Shown: piece by piece, positions 11,692-25,200 of the stretch
Layout of the letters: every line of letters starts with the position of its first letter
Numbering within the stretch: position 1 is the first letter of the stretch
From: Azolla caroliniana
Lineage: Eukaryota; Plantae; Polypodiophyta
Direction: 5' to 3'
Assembly (NCBI GenBank): GCA_043228905.1
Contig: JBHGNT010000157.1
Span: 1-64,000, forward strand
Length of the DNA stretch: 64,000 nucleotides
Program-made: the position numbers and the translations under genes
Notes under the pieces: model-generated
Database searches by the model: none
What the model was told of the DNA's origin: nothing
Seen by the model: the letters and a program-made list of their open reading frames with translations, nothing else

Positions 11692-14600
11692 CAAGTTGAA
11701 AGGACAATATTCCTCAATAGAATGAGGAATATGTTTTGAGTTCATCAAACCAAAACTGGCAAGTCACTTTGGCCATGTCTCAACATTAAATTTGATGAAA
11801 AGTCCAAGTTGTATGAGACTCATCAAGCTTAATGTTTAATGTCTCTCATGAGGCCAATGTGACCTATGAGACCAAAACAAGATACATTTCATAGCTCGTA
11901 TAGTGAATCGAAATTAACAATCCATAAGCTAATGGGAAAGAGAACCAAAAACTAAAAGAGCATGTCGACATAAAATAACCTCTACATTTCTACCTTGTTT
12001 TCAAGAAGTAAACCACGAAAATTGACAAATAGTGAAGATGTGAGAACATTTAATGGTCTGGTATATTGAAGAATGGATTTATTTGGACACAAACAGAACC
12101 AACATCCATAGGGAATGGAAGTTTAGATCACATTAAAGACTTGCACCCTAATACAAATTCCATTTTAGTTGTAGATTGGGACGTGTGGGTTCAAACCCAC
12201 TCAATTGGCATGCCATCTTACGCTGCATGTGTCTTGGTCTAAATTATTTCTAAAACAACGCATGTAAAGTAGATGTTCTCTAATGACACCATTGTGTGTA
12301 CACTAAGCTTGATTCTATTAAAATAATATTCAAATGTAATAGAAGAGTTCTATTTGAAAATGCATGAAAGGCATAACAAAATTAAGCCCAAGGATGCATT
12401 ATTAAGTCTTGGTCATTATCTATCTATGCGGCATGTCCATTGGCCAAGTGACTTATTAAGGTTAACCCAACACATCAAGGGAATTTGCCATTTTATACAT
12501 TTAAATGCCTTTCTTTAAAGAAAATCGGAAATATGCAAACTAGTATGTACATATTTGAGACCAAAACACACATACACACATGATGCAAAACCGTTTTGTG
12601 ATTTGGGTTTGTTAACAACCTTTTTGTTCTAAAAAACTATGCAATCAAAAGTGACAAGATGGAAGGAAGCGGGAATACTTGCGACCAAGAAATCCATATA
12701 ATGAATGGCGCAACCTACTAGGAGGTCAGACAACCTTATTCTCTGGGTGAAGGATGGGTTATTCATTACCATTCTCAATTATTGTGAATTGATGGGTAAC
12801 AAATCACTTACACACAGGCAGTTTTAAGATAATTCCTTCTTGTTGACATTCCAATACCTTGTTAAATCAACCTTGGAATCGTAAAAGTCAAGGTTTGATT
12901 TTGGCAATCGATTTCTCATGTCATCCATATTGAGGGTTTCACGACATGACAATCCAAGCATTACCATAAATTGTGGGATATGGTCAATGGAGCGAAAATA
13001 ATATATATTAGAGGCCTACAAGATGATGACTTGATTAAATAGTTGGGGGACTCCAATAAGGTGTACTAGCTTGCAGAATGGCTTACCAAGGTGCAAATTT
13101 TGTCTCAAATCATCCGTCTTCTACAAATGATAGGGATATCATAATAAAACCTAAACATCGATGTGGAAATCTTGCTGACTAACAAATCAAATCATAATAA
13201 GATAGGGATTGGGTGAACCTCTTTGTACTTCTTCTTCATATGTGTAACGGAATATTAAATTATTTTTGTGTAATAATAGATCCATCAGTTAATTTAATTT
13301 AATAAATAAATAACCCAGTTTTTTTCTCTTTGTTTACTCATCTCACCTCTCCCTTCTTTCTCTTTTGCTCTTTTTTTTTGGGAATGACGTCATAAACTTG
13401 TGGGCGTCCTGCAAGCAAATGATGGGAGTTGACTAAAACCCAACAAAAACAAAAAAACAAAATCCCCAAAACAAATCAAATACAGAAAAAAAAAAAATCA
13501 AAAAGCAAAAACCCAAGTCCAACCAAAAAAGCATAAAAAAAGAAGGAAAAGCTAGATCTCCCACATATTTTACCCGAATGCAACCCTAAGTTTCCTTGTT
13601 TTAATTCGTTGTATACGACACGCTCCTTTGTCTCCCCCCAGTAAATAAAGAGAGAGCATTATATGGATTCAATCATAAAAGAGAGCAATATATGGATTCA
13701 ATCATTTCCACTGTTGCGTAAACAATTGCTGAAATTTGTGCATATAATCCTTGAGGGTCATCGGGCGGGGGTCGACCAAAGGGCATTCGGAGAAATAAAG
13801 AAATCACTAGGGTAAATTGTATGTATTATTAAGATTTCCCTGTAGAATGATATAGTGTGCAAACCATGGACGACTATGCATATATGTACTTGTGGGGCCA
13901 CCAAGAGCAATTTGGGAGAAATCGAGACAAAAACGTTTGAGTAGAATACGAATGCTTGGCTTGCATCGTATGTTCTTCTGTACTTGTTAGGTCATTTTTC
14001 TTTTTTGATGAGTAGCATCTACTTATGGTGATCGAATATGTACGTGGGTATGTGATTGTGAGGTGATAGCACATGTATGGAGACTCGATATGTGTATGCA
14101 TGTGTCCTAAGGGCATCACACTAGGGTAGCTCGCATGCATCATAGACATGTTTGCTTCATCAGAGAAGAGAATCTTACGGAATTTATTCTTCCATACTTC
14201 ATTTTAACAAATTTGTGAGAGGCTATGTACCCCAAGTATCCTATATACAGACAATCCACTACACACATAGGAATCATGTGTTTTCTTTACCCAAGTTCTC
14301 TAAAGTACTTTGACATCCTTTATTTCACTCCCCCCCTTTCCCCATTAAATCCACATAGGGAAAACGCTCCACACACAAGCTTCGCGTGGGACATGATCAC
14401 GATGCGGGCCGAATGATTGATAAAGAAAGAAGAAGGAAAGAGAACAAGTTGGGGGAATAACATTAGCTCGAGAGTGTCCTTTCAAGATACATATATATTC
14501 ATATCGTTGTCAAGGACAATCTCTGCGCCCCTTCCCCACATACACACACACACACACAAGACACAAACACAGACACAATTAGTGTGCAATTCAAGAAGCC

Positions 14601-14795
14601 CCCCAACATTACGATATATTGTCGCAAACTCGAGAGGGACATGCTAATATAAGAACAACACGCCTCTCTACCGAGCCTCCCCAGGCGTGGCCTTAGAGCA
14701 TGGCAAAGGAGCTAAAATTTTAATCCCCCAACATGATTAAGAGGGTGTTGGATCGAAGGTCGGGAAAATGTGATGTCCCACCGGGAGCGAGTCAG

Positions 14796-14812
14796 TTTAG
14801 GGTTTAGGGTTT
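14796..14812 (+). repeat. Short interstitial telomere-type repeat / telo-box (TTTAGGG x2.4)
   Basis: TTTAGGGTTTAGGGTTT. Confidence 0.5.
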
Positions 14813-15117
14813 CACCCCTCTGCCCCCACTTTCCCACACACACATACACACACAACAAAATTCTGTCCTTAAGTCACATGGAGAGATTCTAATCCACTGT
14901 TGCTCTAAAAGGGGCATGTAAAAAAAGTAGCTGCAGGAATAGATATGCCAAAAAGTGCCTGCCTGTTTATATATGTGTAGCTATAAATATCCTTCCAAAA
15001 ATCTTTTGGCCCATGTAATTTGAAAAGCTAATTTGGGATTAAACATGGTGCCCAAATAGAAAAGAAAAAACATAAAAAATTAAAGATTTAGCAGCCTAAC
15101 AACAATCAACTCAAAAA

Positions 15118-15241
15118 CAGTCGCAGGAATTTTGAACAAATTATAAGCAGTTTTTTAAACACAGTTGCAGGAATTTTGAACTAATTAGGAGCAGTTTTAC
15201 CACAGTAGCAAGGAGTTTTGATGAGATTAGGAGCAGTTTTA
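15118..15241. repeat. ~3 x 40-bp degenerate tandem repeat downstream of the GRAS gene
   Basis: CAGT(C/T/A)GCAGGAATTTTGAAC..ATTAGGAGCAGTTTT repeated three times. Confidence 0.6.
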
Positions 15242-15501
15242 ACGCCTTGTGGCAATGTGATGAAAAGCATAACACACACACACACACACAGAGAAAATTT
15301 GGGGACACATATGTGTGTTGGAAAAATAGTAATTGATTTTATGAATTTGGTTAACTGATTGAAAACTGTGATTTATATAAATGGTTGAATCATTCTCAGC
15401 AATAAGTTCCCATAATATGAGGAATGTACTCATGACAGGAAGTGAAATGAACGGTTCTAATTATGTGGTTTAATCTGATCAGCTAAAATGATGACAAGAT
15501 T

Positions 15502-15514
15502 CTAATTCACATGG

Positions 15515-15549
<35 letters not shown>

Positions 15550-18189
15550 GCGATGGCGATGGTGATTCTGCCATGCAGAGACCTGAAAGAGAGGGGTATG
15601 TTGCCAGCCTAAGAGAAGAGAATTACTGGTGATGACATAGCTTGATTCACCAAGATCTTCTTCATCATAGTGATAGAGTCGATAGCCTTCAGAGGGGTAG
15701 TGGAGCCTAAGCAGAAGCTTGGCCTGAGCTATGGCAAAAGGACTGATGGGCAAAGGCTTATAGCCATTCATCATCAGCAAATTACTGTGATGATGATTAT
15801 CCCCAGACCTACAGCTGGTCCTGAAATCATCTCCTTCCTCATCACTATCTGTGTAAAGGCCATGCTCTTGTGACCTAATAATGTACTCAGAGTAGTGGCC
15901 CAATGCATTATTTGCATGCTGGCCATGGTGCTTCATCTGCTGAATCATGTCATCATATGATAAGATGCAGCTCTTGATTTGGTGCTTGAGGAGGGTGTCC
16001 TCGAGAGCCAGCCGGTGGGGGCTCGAAGGCGGGAGGGTCGCCTCCAGCGACTGCGCGAAGGCCGCGAAATGCCGGAATATCCCCGAGAATCTGGGGGCGG
16101 AATATTCCCGGTAGTAGGCACCGGGGTCCGAAGGGCCGGGGTCGGGATTCGGGGCCGGATGATTTTGGGTCGGGGGGTTTAGCTTGGGATGGGGTGACCG
16201 AGGGGACCAGGTCGGGCTCGTGGGGCTTACGGAAGGATCGTGGCGCTCCCCGAGTGTCACGATGTCTGGGCGGAGCGCGCGGATGATGTCCTCCGTGAGG
16301 CTGCCGTAGTCCTGCGGTGCGAAGATGCAGTTTACGACCACGAGCCTTCTGGCGGAGGAAGAGGGGGTGCGGCCGTGGTGGGGGTCCCGTGCCCCCGACA
16401 GCTCCTCGATACTTCCCGCCACTGAGAATTTGAAGGGGAGCCGGAGCGAGTCCGCGAACTGCGAGAGCCGGAGCCGCATCCGCTCGACGTGGTCATCGCG
16501 GTGGCCCTCGTGCGAGGATCGCGCGGGGCCCGCGCCCGCCTGAGCTTGATCGGGATCGGGCTCAGCTGCTGATCGTGCCGGGGGCGGGATCAAGGTAGAG
16601 ATCTTGAGCCGTATTCTCGGGCTCATTGCATGAAGCGGAGGAATGGCGGCGGACGAGGGTTCCTCCATATCATTACGATCCGTAGGTATACCATTAACTA
16701 ACTGCTTTGACATGGATGGATTAATTCTGCTGCTTCTAACAGTAGCAGTAGTAGCAGTTGAGATTTGATTAGGATTAACACTAGTGTTAATGTTAGCTGT
16801 AGTATTAGTAGTTGGGGTAGCAGTTGAGGAGTGATTAGGGTTAGCTTTAGTGCTAATTTTAGGGTTATAATAATAACTAGGGTTAGTGAGGATATTGCTA
16901 TGTATGGCTTGCATCAGAGGTGGCCATTGCACCCCATGGGCCATCGCCCCTATATCCACGATGTGGACCTCCATCATTACATTGTCTGCAGTGTCATTAC
17001 CATCGCCATCGCCATTGTCCATGATCCACACCCCATCCTGAGGATCTCTAGATTCCATCTGATTTCTGTCATTACAAGCCATTTTGTTGGCGAAGATTTC
17101 TGACGAGTCATTAGCGGAGGCTGCCGCCAATCTCTCCATCATGGCTTCTAATATCACTTGATTTGCTGTGAGATGAGCAAACCTCAGGAATGGAGTGGCT
17201 TGATTGAATGCTAAATACGCATCCTTAACTTCCTTCATCTGCATATAATTGTCATTATAATTTCTACAATCCATTGAAGTGCAACTGCTACTGGTTCTGG
17301 CTATATTATCCGCATGAATCTGATGATTATTATGCATTATCGATCCCAGCTTCTCCATTTCGATCCTTGCTCTGAAGGCCTCTAAGAAATGCTCCACAAC
17401 CTTCATATTCACAGTGGATTGGATATGACCTGCAGCGTCTAATCCTCCGTCGTCATCAGTACTGTCATCAGTACTGTCATCAGTACTGTCATCAGAATCA
17501 TCTAATAGCTGGAGTAGGATCTGGTTATTATGTGGTGATCCTAGCTGCAGCCGTGTGTTTAATTCTGTCGTGCTAATCATATGGCAGCGATCACAACCAG
17601 AATCCACAGGTGTCTGCGTGGATAATCTTGGCAGCGATGGTGTTAAATCTAGTCTTTTTGCAGTAGAATCCAGATTCTTCCTCGAGCCAAGAAATCTCTC
17701 GTATAGGCTGTCTATCATCCTTTCAGATCTGGCCCAATCTCCTGCAGAGATCCATTTTGCACAGAGCCCCAACAGTCGGTGAAGATTAAGACGCTGCTTC
17801 TTCTTCTTCTTCTTCTTCTTCTTCTTCTTCTTCGGTTGCTTGCTACAATCATCAGGGAGTAGCAATGCAGGAACTGCAGCGGCGGCACAATCACCGCCAT
17901 AACGATTATCTTGGCTCTCCCTCATCATCATCATCATCTTCTTCTTCTTCTTTATCTTCTTCTTCTTCTTCTTCTTCTTCTGCTGCTGCTGCTGCTGCTT
18001 CCTTTCTTGATCCTCCGTCTGCATATGAAGCTCGCCATCGCTGCTGTAAGGAAAATGGACGCCACTAGTGGTGCATTTCTGGTGAAGATCATTAGAGGTA
18101 GTAGAGATCATAGGCATGGAGGAAGAAGAAGAAGAAGATTCAGAAGAAGAATCAGAAGAAGAAGAAGATTCAGAAGAATCTGACTGCAT
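15502..18189 (-). CDS. LAS: Intronless GRAS-family transcription factor, LATERAL SUPPRESSOR/MOC1/SCL18-like (895 aa)
   Basis: The ordered GRAS motifs are present: LHRI (LHRLLGLCAKWIS), NQATPFLRFAHLTANQVILEA, VHIVD..HGVQWPPLMQAI, RLSQFADSLRLPFKF, LRPDIVTLGE, SLEATLPP and the terminal LGWQHTPLFQVSAW. The LAS-diagnostic SPFAIAQAKLLLRLHYPSEGY is also present. The ORF is uninterrupted. The true start codon is not verifiable. Confidence 0.9.
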
Positions 18190-18349
18190 ACTACTACTAC
18201 TGCCTTCTGCCGCCTAATTAGATAGGTAATGAAGGATGAATTAGGGATATAATTACATGTTAATAAACAAGGAAGGGTGTGGATTGTTGATTAACAGAGC
18301 AGAGAAAAGTAATTCAGGAGTTTCTAGCCCTGCCTGTACTTTAGGCCTC

Positions 18350-18710
18350 AAGAAAAGAAAAAAAGAAAAAAAAGAGCAAAGAAAAAGGAATGAATATGTA
18401 GAGATATGTACATACATACATACATACATACATAGCCCTTGAGAAGAAAAAGAAAGGAAAAAAAAAGAAAGAGAAAAAGGAAAAAAAATAAACACAAAAC
18501 CCTAAGACAAAAAAAAAGGAGAAAGGAGGAGATGGGTTTTTATTTTTTTAACTGAATTGGGAAGGGAAAGAAATGGACAAGTTGGCAAATGCAATAATAT
18601 ATGTAATCAAACTCAATAAATAATACTAACAATAGCAAACAACAGGATTTATTCCAATGCAGGAAAGGAAGGAGAATGTGTGCTTCTTTTTTTCTCTCTC
18701 TGTTTCTCTT

Positions 18711-18751
<41 letters not shown>

Positions 18752-18989
18752 GTCTGTCTGAATGTGTGCTTCCCTTCTTCCCCCTAGTGGGATGATGAGC
18801 TTTTCTAACCTAAAATCAAAATTAAAACCAAAACTAATCATAGTAATAATGTGCAGAATTGTGGTTATGCAGACACACCCAGAGAGATAAAGAGACACAA
18901 CAAAGAGGGAGACAGAGAGAGAGGGGGGGGGGGGGGGGAGTGGCGTGAAAGGGAAGTTGAGATTCATTCATAATTCCTCACTTTTAGCT

Positions 18990-19031
<42 letters not shown>

Positions 19032-19313
19032 GCTCACTATTTGGTAGTAGTGTTAGGAAAGTAAGGAGCTTGGAAAGTTGAACCATCAATGCTCTCCATG
19101 TATGGCATGGTATATGTATGTATGTATGTATGCATTTGAGTATGTATGTACATATATGCATGCATGCATGCATTTGTGTATGTATGTATCCATTCTGTGT
19201 TTGTATGTATATTTGTATGCATTAAATCCATCTCCCCAAGTTGAAAGGATAATTTGTGGAAGAGGAGAGGATAGAGAGGAAAGGATAGAGACATGTAGAG
19301 ATTGTGTGTGTGT

Positions 19314-19349
<36 letters not shown>

Positions 19350-20688
19350 TTTGTCATGTATATGAGTGTCTGTGTGTCATGTATGTATATGTGTGCGTTT
19401 GTGTCTGTGTATGTGTCATGTATATGTGTGTATGTGTTTTATGTATATATGTGTGTACGTAGTGTATTTTGGTCCATGTGTATGTATGTATGCATGTACA
19501 TATATGGATGTATGTATGTATTTCTGTAGCATGTATGTTTGTGTGTTTGTAAAGGGGAAATGCGTCAAAGATTTCTCACCCACATATGTATATGTATGTA
19601 TGTACGTACGTATGTATGTATGTATGTATGTATGTATGTATGTATGTATGTATGTATGTATGTATGTATGTATGTATGTATGTATGTATGTATGTATGTA
19701 TGTATGTATGTAGTATGTGTGTTTGTGTGTTTGTGAAGGGGGAATGCGTCAAAGATATCTCGCCCACATATGAATAGAAGGATTTATCCTCCCCCAACAT
19801 GATCATCAACATCACATAGTCATACACAAATCTAGACATCGTAATCAACATGATCGGGGATCATATAAACATTCACAATTCCAGGCACCATAATCAACTC
19901 AGCTTCAACAACTATAATGAAAACACAAGACTCCAACCTAATATATGTAAAAGCCTCATTGAGCACACAAAATGGTCACCTTGTTCACACATGCCACATT
20001 GTGTGGTGGTCGACTCACCTAACGTAACAAATAATTTAACAAAGACATACATGAACCCAAAATATAAGACTAACCAGTCACTTGAATCTCCAACATATAT
20101 AGCAACTCAACCAAGAGGAGGTATTCTTGTTTTGAAAGGATAGTGGTGGTTTGATACATATGTGGATAGGAGTTTGTCATCTCCATCGAGCTACAATTGG
20201 TATAATGCGAAGTTACTAAGTTAATGGCTCGATGTGTAGTAGTGTGAATGGTAATGCTCACTATATGTTATGCATGGGTACACCTAGGCAAGCCTGAATG
20301 CATATATAGGATATTGAAGTGTAAAATGATTTGCAACTTTTTTTCGCCTATGCGAGGTTTACTAACTTACCACACACTCTTAGCTAGGTAGAAGTCTAGG
20401 TGAGATGTAAGGTCTTGTTTTGTTACTCATGTTATGGGTTGGTCAACTGTTTAATGATTTCACACATGTACAAGATAAAGGTCTTGGCAATTGGAATTGG
20501 TGTTTCAATGTGGTATTGTGCACTCTTTATAAGTAACAAAAAGTCTTTAAGGCCTATCCGGTATAAAAGAGTATAAGATAGAGAGTAAATAATGATAAAT
20601 GAGGATTGAGAAATACTAGTTTATGTGTATGTGACATGTGTGTATGCATGGATGAGAAGAATGTGGACCTAGAATGTGTGCAATTAGT

Positions 20689-20729
<41 letters not shown>

Positions 20730-21779
20730 ACATCACCATTTGATGTATTTCCTCCCTTCAGAGAAAGGTGTGGCCATGTTAGGAGTGATTAATGCCAATA
20801 ATAGGCACAATTTATGACAATATGGATTCTCGAATTTAGCAATTCAAGACAGAGAGATTCGAAGGTAGAAAGTATTCCTTCTTGTGAGAACTTTAGAAGG
20901 TTCACACACCCATCTCTTTGTACCTTGTTTGGTGCAGAGACAAGAATTTAAAGCCCACATGGGACAATTCTATGGGATAAGAGTGCAAATTGCACAAAGG
21001 GCAATAGTTGGATACGGCGTTAGCACATAGTTTTGGTCTAAAAACATTTGATGATAACGACTTCCACGTGGACCTAGTTATGTTGCACCTCTTAGGGCCC
21101 ATGAGGGAGTTGAGTGTGTCGAACAGGTGGGACCCATAGGGCCATTTTGGTGACAACAATATATCACGGGGTTTGATGCAACCATTGGGGCCCCTCGACT
21201 CCTTAGCTCGAGCCATTAGTTCAGTGGAGTGATACTCTACATGCTCAAATATTGAAGATATAGTTTGGCTTGTATATATCGATAGAGAGAAAGACACAAA
21301 AAATGAAACCACACTCCCTGATGTGAGTGACGTAAAAAAATAAGAGTTTGAGTGTGCGCAAGAAGTGAGGGAGATTCTATTGGATAAGAGAGATTGCATG
21401 GAAAGAATTTGAGAGAGAGAGAGAGAGAGAGAGATGATGAGTTTTCTACTAGAGAACAATCAAGAAATTCTTCTAGAGGATCAGAAATTACTAGGGATAT
21501 ATCATATGACACATTTTGAGACTAGGGTACATAATTGTGATTCATGAGATAGAGACAAGAAAGACATTCTAACACTAGGGGAGCACACACACACACACAA
21601 CCCTACTCTCTCTCTCTCTCTCTCTCAAACACACTTTAGTGTGTCCGAGGTGTATACTTGCGATCCACGAGATAGGTAGGGATATACAAGAAAAAAGACT
21701 AACGGACATATATCATAAAGTTACAAAATAGGATAACTATACATCCATCACAAATCCACATTGTGTATACTTGTGACTC

Positions 21780-21816
<37 letters not shown>

Positions 21817-22250
21817 ACACACACACACACACACACACACATTTATTAATATAATTGTGTGTTTTCACCAAAAGAGAGAGAGGAAGAAGAAGAAAGAAAG
21901 AAAGAAGAAAAAGAAAGAAAACTAATGCCTCTCTATACGTCATAAAGATCAAAGAGGATAGGTGTATATGTATTCATAAATCATCAATTCTCTTCACTTT
22001 CTCTTTCTCAATGTAAATGTGTCCGTTTGTGTATGTATGTATCTGTCCCTTTGTATGTGAATATGTCTGTATGTAATATGTATGTATCTATCCATGTGCA
22101 TGTGAATATGATTGTATGTATGCATGTATGCATGTAAGTATATGTCCATGTCCATGTCCATGTGTATGTATGCATGCATGCATGTATGTACGTATGTTTG
22201 TATGATGCATCCATGCATGTAAAATTGATTTGTGCATGATATGGATGACA
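18350..22250. repeat. Microsatellite-dense upstream region of the GRAS gene: (TACA)n, (CT)n/(GA)n, (GT)n/(CA)n, (TATG)n
   Basis: Examples: (CT)n ~18716-18747 and 18996-19027; (GT)n 19317-19347; (TATG)n ~19586-19710; (GA)n 20690-20724; (GA)n(CA)n 21782-21841. Confidence 0.9.
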
Positions 22251-25200
22251 GAATATAAGATTCCTATAAGTAGGTTTACATCGGAAAGAACATATGTTAG
22301 AATCATTCATTATTTTGTTATAGGCGTCTGCCGAATCATTAGACTATTTTAGGTTTTCTAGACGTTAACAAATTATCAGAGAATGTAAAATTTCCAAGAG
22401 AGAAAGAGGTTCCAAATGGAGATGGAAGACAAAACATCATGGGTAATGAACTTTATAGCTAGTGGTCCATCCAACAATGATACGTTGGAAAATATTTTCG
22501 GTGTCATTTTCATGATGTTGAAAGAATGGATCTACCAGGTTGCCCCACTTTTTGAGAAGGTTTTTTCTTCATGATGAAACAATGGATTCTTTTTCTTAGA
22601 AGTAACTTAGATTACCAATAGGAAACCTCAATATGAGATGCAAATTTGGAATGCTAATTTACAAAATGCCTCATTGGTAACATGGTGCTTAAAGCATTGA
22701 AAAAGAATGTGAAAGTTGTTTAAATGGACAAATGATCAAAACGCCAACTTAAAGAACACTAACTCATTAAGGTCGGGGTTATGTGACATCCGAATAGTCT
22801 ACAATCCTTAAATTTTTTGAAACCATGGATACCTAAAGTGTCCTTGACCCAAAAAGGGCACATATGAACACGGATCAACATTATTCATAACTTTTCCATA
22901 AATTCTGTTTCTTTTCTTTGGAATCAAAGGACAAACAAGGCATGCCATAAGGTGCTAGAATCACACGTTTCTCTTGATTAGGGTGTGTACACACATTGTG
23001 TCGAGTGGCACCATGCTAGATGTGAACTCTTCTATCTATCCAACAAAGGATAAACTCTATTACCCGATTTCTCAAACAATGGCTGTATGCAAACAATAAC
23101 CTACATGAGTTCACAAAGGACAAAATTACCCAAATCGTAACACAATCTTCTACTTGAGACTAAGTATGACAATACCATGGTGCCTTTGTGCACATCATGA
23201 GAAACACATCCGTATGAATAGACAAAAGAGGAGAAGCTATATGACTTGGTGAATTTGGATGATCACTTGGTAAACATGATGCTTGATGGATGTCACAGTA
23301 GTCTATGATTATATATGACTCTTGTTGAATCTTTCATAGAAAAATAGCAAAGTTATCACAATTAATGTTTTACCAGAAGTTAAGGCGAAAAGATGGTAGA
23401 TGCGACTTTAATGAAATGATGCATGTACACTTTTATATAATCATATAGATGTATTCTGTGTATGGTTTTATATAGTCAATCAATGAGGCTGGTAAATACA
23501 TCTTAAGTGTAATTTCTGAATTGCAGTTGTTGATGCTTAGATGTAAATAATCAATAATGGCTAAATCGTTTCTCAAGACATTACATAAGAGACTTTGGAT
23601 GTCCCCACAAATTATCTCTTACATATTCACATGCTTAACGTGCTTCAACTTGGAATTATAAATGTGTACATATGATGCAGACCTCACGCTTTACAACATT
23701 ATGACTGTGTATTCAAGTTTGAGCAGTTGTATTCATTATAAAGATAATTCATTCTTCTTAACATGGCAAATTGATTTAAAACATTTACTCCATCATGAAG
23801 TCCCATTTGTTTTTATTATATTGACATTAACATTAAGAGCTAATTGTTTGACATTAACAATATTCATAAACATAACAATTGCAAATGATGACACATTATA
23901 ACACTAGAAACATGACAATTAGGAATGAGTATCATTAATTAGCTACATATAAAGGGTTAGTTGCCCTTTTTGCACTCTTCTCTTCTATATGCCTATGTTA
24001 TGGGTCATTTCGATATTGTGAGTTGTTATTTGAGAATAAGAGTAGGCTCTCTCACGACTTAGTCACATGATCGAGTCAGCATTGGGTTACATGGTAGATG
24101 CTATAGGAACATTCATCCTCACATTTTTTTGTCGAAAAAAGTGGCATACCAAGTATTCATCTTACCCATGCATGTGTAGGTGTAGGTTTGTTAATACGAA
24201 AGGTGTAAATGTGCATGGGGCATGCATGTACGAAATAATATAACAAGAATGTAAGGCCAAGTTTGAATTATAGGCACACAAATGGATTGATTGGAAGGAT
24301 CTAATAATGTTCAAGTACACTATTTGTACTCATAGTACTAAATTCTAGCATATGTAAAAAGACATATTATTATTAACATCTTAATATAGATATAGAGATA
24401 CTAATAATTTTACTTGGAAAATCATTCTAATACATAAGAATAATTTTTTATTTGAATAATGATAAGAGTACAAATAATACTAGAATTGATGTTAATGCAT
24501 TGACTTTATCAATCATGAACGGGGTTTGCCACCATAGTTGGGCAAAAATTTTGATCCCAAATGGAAATTTTCTTGTTGCTCCTCAACCTAGTCGAATTTC
24601 AAGAATGATTACTAGCAATTTCGTACTATTATTCATGTCATTTGGAACAATAAGAAATTAAAAAAGAGGAAATTCATCTTTTTAGTAAATTTTCAGAATT
24701 GCAAAGTCATGTAGCAATCACAAAATAAGAGTCAATGCTTGTTCTTATTATCATTATCCAATTGCCTATCATCTTAGAAGAGGTTCTAGTGCTAGAAAGA
24801 GTTTGGAATTCTTGGCCTTTAGTAACCAAAGAATATAACATCCTAACCACTTGCACGTGAAATTTGTTTGCTCCTCATTTGGGCTTTTGCCTTGCCATAA
24901 TTATATTTTTAGAAACTCTTTGTTTCAATTTGAGTAAAATGCATGTTGTTATCAAATGAAAACTGTTGTTATCTTGTGTTGCTAGCTTTTAATCTTGAAC
25001 ATGCCTTTCCTTCTCTAATATTTAAGGTCATGCCTTTCCATTCACCAAAACAACATTTGCAAAATACTCTATTTGAAAGGAAATGCATATAATAAAGAAA
25101 AAAAAAGTTTCCTAGAAAATACAACAGTAAAATCCATGAAAACTAATATGTATTCACCATCACTATCATCATCTTGGGATTTCCTTACATTCTTTTCAAT

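Noticed and set aside
12165-12205. SINE/tRNA-like B box GGTTCAAACCC
   Set aside because: No convincing A box, tail or TSD.
15670-18183. Plus-strand ORFs antisense to the GRAS gene
   Set aside because: By-products of trinucleotide repeats and GC-rich codons.
18964-19851. Many short ORFs (MYVC/HTYI repeats)
   Set aside because: Translations of (TATG)n/(GT)n microsatellites.
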